Shown: positions 26,013 to 36,800 of the stretch, piece after piece
Layout of the letters: the number at the start of each line of letters is the position of its first letter
Position numbering within the stretch: the stretch's first letter is position 1
NCBI GenBank assembly: GCA_013265495.1
Contig: MU058153.1
Coordinates: 622,001 to 686,000 of the forward strand
DNA: 64,000 nt
Origin: Vicugna vicugna
Lineage: Eukaryota
Reading direction: 5' to 3'
The notes under the pieces: generated by a model
What the model was told of the DNA's origin: nothing
The model's input: only the letters and a program-made list of their open reading frames with translations
The model's database searches: none
Translations under genes and position numbers: made by a program

Positions 26013-26559
26013 ATTTATAGAGAGAATGATGCTTTATAAGCTCTTCTATAACTTGAGTTTTTCTTTTTCACAGTACATGGTGGCTTCTTCCTATATCAAT
26101 TGCTTGCAATATTAGTGTTTCTGATTTCACACTAGTGATTTTAATAATGTACAGTGACTAATTTGACTATGCCACTCCTAATCTTTTTCTTTAACAAACA
26201 AAGTGTCAGTGAGCATCCTTGTATTATCCTCACACGATACATTACATCTCCCCTTGGGATAAATTCCTAACAGTGGAGCTGTAGGGCAGAACCAGAAATC
26301 ATTTTGTTCTATTTCTCATTTGTGCTATCTTGGCATATTATATGCTCCCAGGGAGATGCCTTAAAGTCACTCTGAACAAAGCAGGGTAATTAATTTAGTC
26401 CCCCTCTCCAAAGAAAGAAGGGAAGGAAGAAAGGAGGAAAGAAAGAATGTCCTCCTGTCCTGCTTCTGTACATGACAGGACAGCAATGGTGGGGAAGGTG
26501 TGTTCACTGAATAATCCTTCTGTTTTGCATTTTGTTTTAATGGAGTGGCGAATACCTCC

Positions 26560-27340
26560 ATTTAGGTAAATGGTATTGCCTTTCAGTTAGGCATTTGGGC
26601 CAAAAATCTATCCTGTTTCCTCCCTTTCTCTCATTGTCTGCCTCACTCCATCAGCAAAACCTCCGCAGTCTGCTTCCCACCACCACCTGGGATGTCCCCA
26701 CCCTTGTTCAAGCCACTGTCACTGGACCACAGCAATGGCCCTTGTGAGCTTTTTTCTTTGGCTCTTGATCCTTTTCACTGTATTCTCAACAGAGAAGTTA
26801 TAACTATGCTTTTAAAGTGTTAGGCCATGTCACTCCACTATTCAGAACCATCTGTTGACTCTCCTCCGGAGGTGGAATGGAACGCCAGGCCCTAGGCTGC
26901 CCATCCAGGCCTCGCGTGTTCTAGGCCAGGCTGCCTCTCCAGGCGGTCTTCTCACGTCTCTTCCCACTTGCTTTCTCCTCTCCCCACCCCAGCTCCCTGC
27001 TGTTTCCCGATATGCCAAGCATCCTGCCGTGTAAGGGATTTGTGTTTCCTGTTTCCATTTCTGTCTCCCTTTCCTCAGTTATGCACAGGCCTTGCTCTCT
27101 TACTCTTCCAGGTCTCTGTACAAATGTCCATTGGCACCTTCCCATCACTCTCTATCTCTCTAACTGCTTTACTTTTTCTCGATAGCACTAACTACTGTCT
27201 GGAATTGTATTTTCTGTCTATAAGTGCGTTTACTATCTGTTTCCATTACCCGATTATGAGGAGAACAGGGACTTTGTTTATATTGTTTGACCAGTAACTG
27301 GTTCATAGAAAGTCTTCTTAAGTGTTTGTTGAATGCACGC
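26560..27340 (+). mobile_element. LINE-2 (L2a-like) 3' portion
   Basis: 'ccatcagcaaaacct', 'catgtcactccactattcagaaccatc', 'gaggagaacagggactttgttt', end 'gtgtttgttgaatg'. Confidence 0.8.
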
Positions 27341-27707
27341 ATGCATACATGCATGCATGTGCCAAGTGGCATGCTCACGTTTAGGGCTGGCTGGTAGCTG
27401 ACCCTCAATCCCTTCATTAAGCCGGTCACAGATATATTTGGGAATGGAATAATCTAAGTCACACTTCTGATTTGTAAATAAGAATTTAGGAAATAAATGC
27501 CCTGCAAATTACTGACATTTCTGATCACGTGTTTTATGAATGTTCAAAAATCAGGTGGGGTAAGGGGAAGGTGGTAATAAGCATACTGTCTTTCCTGAAA
27601 GACAGGGGCTAGAGAAAGCACCTGTTTTCTCAAGGGACGGGTTTCATTTTCATTCTGTAAAATTTTGTTTCAGCATTTAATGTTTTCCCTTTTGTAAGTG
27701 CTATGAA

Positions 27708-27730
27708 TGTGTGTGTGTGTGTGTGTGTGT
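27708..27730. repeat. (TG)n microsatellite
   Basis: Direct read, about 11 units. Confidence 0.95.
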
Positions 27731-28309
27731 TTCATTAGCAAACCACAGCAGCTAACATGGTTTGAAAAGGCTTTTCAAACACTTTGTAATTCTATGTACC
27801 AAGAGATGATAGTTTTCTAACTGCAGATTATAGAGTTGAGGAAATACTTTATTCAATTTATCTTAAATTTAATTTTATTCTCTGCACTGGCTCAGAACTC
27901 TCCTGAGGCACCTGCAAGTCTGATGGAGATCAGAGGCATGTTTTGAGAAATGCTAAATGCAGCCCTGGATAATTTTGTACAGCAGCCAGAGGAGGTCTGC
28001 ATCAGTTCTTAGCCACCCACAAAGCTAATTAAATTTACCCATGTGAAACGCAAACACCCACCCCAGTTATTTTGAGCGAACTTGCTGAAACACTGGTTAG
28101 ATCCTTCTGCATCCCAGCACTTCCTCCACCCCAAATCCACAGGCATTCCTAGCATCACCAAGAGGTCGGTGGAGACCATGGTTCCTTTTGGAAACACCTG
28201 ACAGGAATTCTACTAAAATGTTACACCATTCTTAGCAGCAGTCTGCTTTCTGTAGTATGTTTCCATGCTGACTTAAACCTTAACATTCCTTATACCCTTT
28301 CTCTGTGGA

Positions 28310-28680
28310 GTAGACTTAGTGGAATGACCTTGTACCCTGGAGTGAGGGAGATCTGGGTTGGGTGAAGGCTTTATTTTCCTATTTATGTGACTTTGGGGAG
28401 GTCATTAACCTCTCTGCATCACATGCAAGAGAAATAATAGAACCTACATCATAGGATTGATGTGAAAATTAAAATAGCGAATATAAGGGGAAGGGTATTT
28501 CTCAGTGATAGAGTGTATGCTTACCATGCATGAGGTCCTGGGTTCAACCCCCAGTACCCCCTTTAAAAAATAAAAATAAATTAAATAAACTGAATTACCA
28601 CCCCCCAATTTTTTTTAAAAAAGAGTGAATATACATAAAGAAGAAAAGCATATAGTAGTTGCTTAATAATTATCATTACT
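28310..28680 (+). mobile_element. MIR SINE interrupted by a camelid SINE
   Basis: 'tgtgactttggggaggtcattaacctctctgcatc...aacctacatcataggattgatgtgaaaattaaa' continues after the insert as 'atacataaag...tagtagttgcttaataattatc'. Confidence 0.75.
28487..28620 (+). mobile_element. Camelid tRNA-derived SINE (Vic-1-like)
   Basis: 'ggggaagggtatttctcagtgatagagtgtatgcttaccatgcatgaggtcctgggttcaacccccagtacc' has A/B boxes, an A-rich linker and an 'aattaccacccccc' tail; TSD aaaatagcgaatata (28471-28485) / aaaagagtgaatata (28619-28633). Confidence 0.88.
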
Positions 28681-28727
28681 TCTTTTCTCTCTGGCCCTCT
28701 TTTCTTTGAAGCAAGATGATGTTATTC

Positions 28728-29403
28728 TTTCATTTATTAAACAGATTTTTTTTTGAGCACCAACTGTGTTTCAAATACTGGCGTTATAGTGGAGAAGCAG
28801 TGCTTAGCAAAATAGCCCCTGCTCTCATGACTTACGTTCTAGTGGGGAGAGGACAATGAACATACAAACTAATACATTTTTAATGTAATTGTAGCTTGTG
28901 ATACATCCTTAAAGGATGTAAAGCAGGTTGTGGGACAAAGTGAGTGTGAGGAGTAGGAGCTAGTTCAGGTGGCTTGAACAAGGAAGGACATTTTCTTCAT
29001 GTAAGCGACACCTGAACCAAAATGTGGAGGGTGCAGGTCAACCCTATGAAAAACAGGAACCAACTGTTGCCAATATAGGGAAAAGAAACCCAAGTACAGC
29101 AAGTATGAAACCTTTTTTCTGTCTTTGGGGAAGAGAGGATGTGAGAGAGAAGGGAGGACGGTTGAGGAAGAAGTTGGGAGGAAAATGTTGAGGTTCGGTC
29201 CTGTAGACCCTAAACTACAGAACAGGGCTGTCAGCTTTATTCTGATCTGCAGTGGAAGAGCTTTTGGGGTGCTTTGAGCTGAAGGGTAATAGGATCAAAT
29301 TTAGATTTTGAAAGATTATTAGGTTAGACTTGTGGAGAATGGGCTGTGGAAAGAGAAGAATTAAGAAGACCTGTGTGACCTTTGTTGTTAGTCCATGAGG
29401 CAA
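28728..29403 (-). mobile_element. LINE-2 fragment, antisense
   Basis: 'tttcatttattaaacaga...gagcaccaactgtgtt...cccctgctctcatgacttacgttctagtggggagag...aggatcaaatttagattttgaaagattat'. Confidence 0.75.
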
Positions 29404-29882
29404 TGGTAGTAGGTTGAATAATGTCCCCTAGAGTGACATGCCCTCATTCTAATCCCTGGTGCTTGTGAATGTGGCCTCATTTTGCAAGAGGGTCTTTGCA
29501 GATATAATTTGCATATGCAATTAAGGTAAGGATCTCAGAATGAAATTCTCTTGGATTTAGATGGGCCCTAAATCCAATGATTAGATTTATGGGAGAAAGG
29601 ACAGGGAGACTTATGTCACAGAGACACAGAGAAGGGAAAGCCAAATGATGATGGAAGCAGAGATGAAATGATATGTCCACAAGCAAAGGAACCCCAAAGA
29701 TTTCCAGCAGCCACCAGAATCTAGGAGAGAAGCTTGGAACAAATGCCTTCAGTAGGAGCCAACCCTATCAGCACCTTGATTTTGGACTTCTGGCTTCTAG
29801 AATTGTGAGAGAACATATTTCTGATGTTTCTAAGCCACCAAATTTGTGCTAATTGGTTAGGGCAGCCTGAGAAAATGAATAT
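29404..29882 (+). mobile_element. ERVL-MaLR solo LTR (MLT1C-like) with 5-bp TSD
   Basis: 'ggttgaataatgtcccc...ctaatccctgg..tgtgaat...gggccctaaatccaatga...cagccaccagaa...ccttgattttggacttctggcttctagaattgtgagagaa...aagccacc'; TSD ggcaa at 29399-29403 and 29883-29887. Confidence 0.9.
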
Positions 29883-32235
29883 GGCAACCAGGAGATCAAT
29901 TATATTGAGAAAAGGCTTATATGCCTATTTGATGGCCACAGAGTGGTGGACGCGAGGGCTGAAGAAGAAAAAGAAACGTTTTTTCCTTTAAGCCACAGTG
30001 TACAGGTGTGCTTTTATTTGGTAAGAATGTTGATTTCTCATACTTTGGTTAAAAACCTCCTTTGTGGGGTGGAGGGGCACCTGAGAAGCAGGCTCGGAGA
30101 ACAGCTTCTGCTTCCTTAAGTGGTACATCCTATTCCCAAAGAAATGCCCCTCCTGCTCTGCGAGGGCTGACGAGAAGCTAGAGCCAGTTCTCTCACTTAG
30201 GTGACAGTTTTTCCTACTACCACTTTATCATTTGTATGTAGTGTAATATTAGTATCTGTAGCCTTAATGCATATCCTGGAGTGGGGCCACATCTTTAATA
30301 CAAAGAACTCACCCTAGTTACCTATAAAACCACTGCAGGCAAGGAGATACCCACCAATGGAATATGTACAGAGTGATATTTTGTACTTGAGAAAAGACAG
30401 CAATTTCAGGATGGAACAATCATTTGCCCTTGACTTTCCCCAGGTGATAATAGAGAGTGAGCATTTATTGAGTTTCTAATATGTCTTAGGTCCTATGCTA
30501 TTGCTTTTACATCTGTCAGGTCTAATTCTTACAATAGTCCTTAAAGACAGCTTTTAACAATCCCATTTTAAAGATGAAATAGCTGAGGCTTGGGGAAATC
30601 CAGCCAACCACCTACCAAATGTTAATGATTTCATAAAAGCAGGACCTCCCCTCATTGTGTGCTCTCTCTCCAAGCCAACTGTTGTCTATTTAGCCATCCA
30701 GTTAGTATCTTGTACAACCGGGAGGTGGACTCAGTTCTGACTGAATCAATGCTTTTGACATCTGTGGGCCATCACAACTCTGCCAAGATGATTTGGCCAT
30801 AGTCCCCCTGGATGGGAAGAGATACTGTTTTAAATTGGGGTGATAATGAAGGTCATATTGGCCTTGGAGATTAATGTTAAAGATACTCAGAAGCCTATGA
30901 GCCTTTAGGCCACCGCTGTTTTAGGGCAGGGTCCCAGAGGAGTGAAGGGAAAGTCTCTGTTTTCATCCCTCCATGATTTCCTCAGGAAAATCAGCGGGTG
31001 TTGATAGCACCTATAATTGGCACAAGGGAGACAGACCAAGACCATGGACCATGTCGTCTCCTCTCATCATGTGCTCTCTCTCCAAGCCAACAACCGCCTT
31101 CTCCCTAGCGGTCCAGAGCCGACATTCTGACTTGAGCCCAGTCATTAAACGCTGATTAGATTGGCACTTTGCTCTCCTTCCGGTTCAAGTTTTAATAAAC
31201 TGCTCTGTTCTCCCTTTCGGTCTTTTGCTTGAAATCCCAGACAGGGTCATCCCCTTCTTCTTTCTGTGGCTTGAACTCTCAGTCTGGGTGAGTTCTGGCT
31301 CTGGGCAAAGCAATTTAGATGAAGGGTGAAAAAAGCCAAAGCACCTGGAGAAAGGAACACATTCCTTAGGAGGAAAAAAGAAAATGAAAAAAGCCAGATC
31401 CACTTCCCTGACTCTGCCCACTTGTTTCTCACAGAGCATTTTGGATCTCACTCATTGTAATTTGGCCATTAAAAAAATCAGTGGCATGGTCTCTGGGCTC
31501 AATTAATTTGAAAGTACTTCTGGATGAATCACTTAGATATTGCTTTATCTTTTGCCTCTAAGATATCATCAGGCTTCAGCCTCTACCATCCGCCCAGAAC
31601 TATTAGCCTACCCTACTAATTTGGTCCCAAAGTATGTTCCCTTTGGAGTAAAACAGAGCAAATTTATTATCCACACCTTGGCCGTGATTAACCCTGCCCA
31701 GGCTATAGTTAGTAGACAGATTATGTTTTCCTTTACAAGACTGGATATTTCCTGCATGTGTGGCTATGTATATGTCATCTGCTTTTTTTCTTTTTATGGT
31801 TTTTCTTTGATATCTGTGACTATATCAAAATAAATGTCATGTGAGCGTTATACTATTCTTTCAAAGTACAGCTGGATCTTGTAAGTATTACCTTCAGTTT
31901 CAGGCACTGAGGAATGAGGGATACCCAAGTTCATTTGCATATCATCCATTGCATCAATAACTCAAATTCTGAATTAGCTATTATTAACCAGATATGATTT
32001 GTTGGTATATCTTGCAAGTGGTATTTGTACACCAAAATTGTTTATTCCTAGTAGCTATGTGGAAAAAGGGGTTATGAGAGTAAAAGACTGATTTTTAGTC
32101 CAGGAAATAAAAAGTAGTACTACACATTAAGTACTCTACAAAGTGATGCAGGGAATTTAAAATAGTTTCCTATATGCAAAGTCTGATTATTCTAAGTAAG
32201 CATAAGAACATAATTTCAAGTATGATATCTTACAG

Positions 32236-32442
32236 TATTTTATCAGTTCTCTATTGCTTCATAACAGTATTACTACAGATCTAGTGGCTTAAAATGACAC
32301 ACATTTTATTATCAATAGATTGAAAATCCAGATTGCTCAACTAGGTCAGCTGCTCCAGGACCTCTCATGAGGGAGCAATCAATTTGTTGGCCAGAGCTGA
32401 GGTCTCACTTAAGGTTCAGTGGGGAAATGTTCCACTTCCAAG
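32236..32442 (-). mobile_element. ERVL-MaLR LTR (MLT1F/G/H-like), recognisable portion only
   Basis: 'atcagttctctattgcttcataaca..ttac...tagtggcttaaaa...ctctcatgagg..gcaatcaa..tgttggccagagctg..gtctca...ccacttccaag'; resemblance breaks at 32443. Confidence 0.75.
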
Positions 32443-33300
32443 TCGTGAACAAGACCCATGCATGTTGTGGGGAAGGCTGAATCTAAGGGTCCAACCCATG
32501 GCGGGCCCCTAGCAAGCGCAGGGCTCTTTAAGAGAACTGCGTTAACTTCGCCTTACGTGATACCACGCTGTAGACCTAAGGAACTGGACACGGTGCCGTG
32601 CAGCCAGGCGTTCAGCATTAGCACAGCACAAATTTAAAAAGTAAACATTTGTCTCACAGCCACAATGAAAGGAGTCTGAAGCAGTCTTAGAATGACATAG
32701 TGACTGCCGTCAGGGTGGGTAACACGATCGATGGCAGCGAATATTCAAATAGTATTTATATAACTACTGAGCATCATACTAGTGAACACAACTAAAATTA
32801 TTAAGTTACTGACACTGTTACAGGCATTTAATTATCATTTTATCCTGATGATAGTGCCCAGTTATGGGTGTGCTATTATTATCCTTGTAGACATCAGGTG
32901 GTTATGTGATTCATGTAAGATTGCACAGTGAGCACAGTAGCTCTGGAATTCTAAGTCTTCTTTATTTAACAAATACATTATATTACAGGTCTGCACCTGT
33001 GCCCCCCCCCAAATGGTATTTGACATAGTTTAAAAAAAAGTAATTCAAGAGGACTTTTGGGCAGATTCCAAAAGTAGAGCGCTTGGTAGCAGTAAGTCTT
33101 AAAAACATTCCTGCAGTGACTGTCTTTTATCGCTGGGAGTTTTACCCCTGTTGATCATATTTGCAATGGCTCTGCAATACAGATAGTGACCAGATTCCCC
33201 TTTTCTGGTGAAGAGGCTGAAATTTGAGAGATTGTCACTTTTTTTAAGGTCACAGAGTACATTTGAACCCGTGTTTATCTGATTTAAATGTTATCCACAT

Positions 33301-33383
33301 CACTTAGTATAATTATCTCTAGGTCCATCCATGTTGCTGCAAATGGCATTATTTCCTTCTTTTTTACGGCTAATATTCCATCC

Positions 33384-33425
<42 letters not shown>

Positions 33426-33887
33426 ATGTATATACCTCATCTTCTTTCATCTGTCGATGGACATTTAGATTGCTTCTACGTCTTGACTATCAGAGAAAGA
33501 CAAATATATGGTATCATTTATATAAGGAATCTAAAAAAATGATACAAATGAACTTATTTACAAACCAGAAATAGACTCACAGACATATAGGACCAACTAT
33601 GGTTACCAAAGAGGAAAGATTGGGGGAGAGGTAAATTAGGAGTTTGAGATTAACATATACACACTACTAGATATAAAATAGATAAACAAGGACCTAGTGT
33701 TTAGCACAGGGAACCACATTCAGTACCTTGTGATAACCTATAATGGAAAAGAATCTGAAAAAGAATATATATATATATAACTGAATCACGTGTATAACTG
33801 AACATGTATAACTGAATCACGTTACTGTATACCTGAAGCCAACATTGTAAATCAATTGTACTTCAATTTTAAGAAAACCTGAAAAAA
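33301..33887 (+). mobile_element. Artiodactyl-type L1 3' fragment with 5' inversion, inserted in a MIR
   Basis: 33301-33490 is antisense L1 ('cacttagtataat..ctctaggtccatccatgttgctgcaaatggcatt'); 33491-33887 is the sense 3' UTR ('cagagaaagacaaata...aatctaaaaaaatgatacaaatgaacttatttacaaaccagaaatagactcacagac...cttcaatt'). Confidence 0.92.
33384..33425. repeat. (ATCT)n tetranucleotide microsatellite
   Basis: Direct read, about 10 units within the inverted L1 segment. Confidence 0.95.
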
Positions 33888-36800
33888 CTATCTACATTCT
33901 TTACACTATACAAGACAACCCTTCTAATTATTAGCAGGGAGAAGTAAAATAAATCTCAACAAACTTTGGGGCATAGTGGCATCTGCTAACAGGTCCCTTT
34001 CTGGATTGACGTGCAGAACAGATATTAATGTCATTTAAATGAGGCTATCAGCATGGACTGCTGAATTACAGCACTGTCAGTGCAGATCCCTCTCTACTCT
34101 TTTATACTGCTCAGTGTACAGGCACTGTCTGCTCACAGCCAGATTCTACCATTTTAAGTGCTGAAGGAAATGCAGAATGAAAGCCAAGAACAAATGGAAT
34201 TTTAGGTCCAGTCCAGTTCATACTGAATGGATTAGCCTCTGTGAATTGTTTAAGGGACTGTTTTATATATTGCTTTGTACAGTGCTTACACTGTTGAGCA
34301 GAAATGGTAATCCACTTTCTTTCCGAAGAGGTGAAGTTCTCCTTGAACCAACACAACAACGTGCACATATCTCCTATCAATCATTTTTCATTCAGCCATG
34401 CACTTGCCTAAATTAGATCATTATTAAACACAGGGAAAACAAGAAAAAGGAGACTTGTTCTTACAAGCCACTGAAAGGGAGGCTGATTTTGGCACCAAAA
34501 GAAGTCAATCATTTGCATTTTGCTGTGTGGGGCTTAAAGCAAGAGACTCAAGTTACATCACGAGGATTTTAAAATTAAGATAAAGCTCCGTCTTACGCAC
34601 CTCTGTCTCTAGCAGTAACTCATAAGAGGAGCGGTAGAGTATTAAAAGGACACCTAATCATGTTTCATTTCTACTTAATTTTGCCTATTTTCCTCCTGTT
34701 CCAATTTCTCTGCCACATTTATTCTTTGTGAATAATTAAAATAAATAGAAGTTTCAAAATTTTGTATTTTTTTCCTTTGAATAAGCTTTTTGTTTCCCCA
34801 AGAATAAGATAGGGAAAGTCAGGATTGTATAGTTTGTTGGGTTTATGTTTAGCTATGGTCATAAAACGCTTACCAAACTGAAAGGGAGTAAGGCAAAAAA
34901 GCCTTTTTCTAACCTCAAGAATTGCAGTTATTGATAAGCTTTGCCAGGGAGCCCTGAAAAGGACAAGATGTCAGAAAAGTTGCAAAGTACCAGGCATCCA
35001 AACACTGGGTCAGAGGTTATGTGTTAGACTAATTAAAATAGATATTGCATTTGATAATTTTCCTATATGTTGTCTATATATAATTTCCCTCTTCATTAAT
35101 GATGGTGGTAAATTCATGATAATGTAAGTTAAAGAAAAACTGAACATGCTGTGTCCCTATGAAATACTATTATTTGTTTATGTTATAGTTCATGAATAAT
35201 AACGTTTATTATCATTTTTCTTAACCCTTTCTCTCAGCCATTCGTGATGAAACTAAGGAAAGTAATTGATTTTCTCAGGTATTGCATCTCATATACCAAA
35301 CCTTGGGAGTCATGTATAAGGATAATCAGTTATTGAAGAACATAATAATTTTTTTTTAATTTTTATTTTTCTGCCTGCTACACCTCTGCTTCCAGAAACA
35401 ATAATAAAATGATATTTTCAGGAAGCTTGGTGATGCTAAAAGCCAGTGGGGAAGTTTTGCAGAGTCCCTGGCTGTAACTGTAACTCAGTTGGGAATTATA
35501 TGAATAAGAGGGTTACTGCTCTTCTGTGAGCCAGGGCAGACTTAATCCAGAATCCAGGACATGACTTAATGGTTGAATGCCCTACATATTCCATTACGCT
35601 GATGAGAAAAATATAAAGTTGCTGTTTATTTTCTGACAGCTGGATTTTTCTTTCTCTTCCCTTCTCTGTTTCTTCCCTTCTTTCTTTTTCTTCTCTCAGT
35701 AAAGCAGTTTATATTGTTTAAGTTGAGCTGATAAGATTGGGAAGATTCTGGTCTCATGTATTGTTCCATGAATTCCCACAAGGATGACCTGTTTTATTCT
35801 GCTTTGAGGGGAGTATTTTTTACTTGCTTTGAAGGTTCCCTACCCCAGCCTTAGTCTTCACCCAACTGTGCTTCCTCGTTTTCCCAATCAGCCACTGCTT
35901 TCATTAGCCCAGTGGTCCCTGCTGGAGAGGTGGCTTTAAGTATTGGCTGTGTGCTTTACTACTTCAGGTTTTTTGAATATTGGTTTTCTCATCTGTGAAA
36001 TGGGCAGGACAACATCCTGAACTCGAAGTGTTATTATGTGAACTGGATAAACTATAGAAAGATATAACATAACCTCAAAGAATAGAATATCAGTCATTAA
36101 AATGATGTATTTATTTTTGCTTTTAAGGTATTTGGTTATATTTTGACTATTCTGTCCATTCATTCAGAAAAATAATGGAGCTTTACATTATGTCTGTCCT
36201 TGTATTAAATGCATCGGGGGGAAGGGTAAACTAAAAACAGAGTTATATCATCACCCTTGCAGTATTTACCTGCTGTTTTACCCGGTGGCATGTGGAAAAC
36301 AAACTATTGAAACAAGAGACTTGCATTCTACTCTGTTCTGACACATCTCTGTGACTCTGAACTTCCTACATCTGAGAAATTAGATGTCACATTGCACCAT
36401 GACACGTTTCTCTTTCACAACAAACGTTTGTACATTTATGCCCGATGCATGGTAGCATATAAGTGGACTCTAAGTTGGCATTGCACTAATTCTAAAAACA
36501 TATCTGTCTTCTCTTTCTGAGTAGATTGTAAGTTCCGTAAGAGCAGAAACCAAGCCTTAGAATAATGTATAACCCTCACCCCCATACCGAAGCCTACAGG
36601 GGTGTCTAGTCCAATATCTGACACAGACTAAATATCTCTTGCTTGATTATTTCTCACCTGTACACTCAGTGAATATACCATTTTTCCAAGTGTGGTGATA
36701 TTATTCCAAGGTTTTCATTAAGTCTTACTACAATGAGAGTTTGAAGATGAGAATGTGTCTCTGTGTATGACTGTATGTATATGACTTTACTCTTGTTCTG

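Noticed and set aside
28487..28560. tRNA-like sequence
   Set aside because: Degenerate tRNA-derived SINE head followed by a SINE tail and TSD, not a tRNA gene.
32441..32760. Possible 40-bp periodic array ('acccatg' at 32454 and 32494)
   Set aside because: Aligning in 40-bp rows shows no consistent repeat beyond two 7-mers; not a CRISPR-like array.
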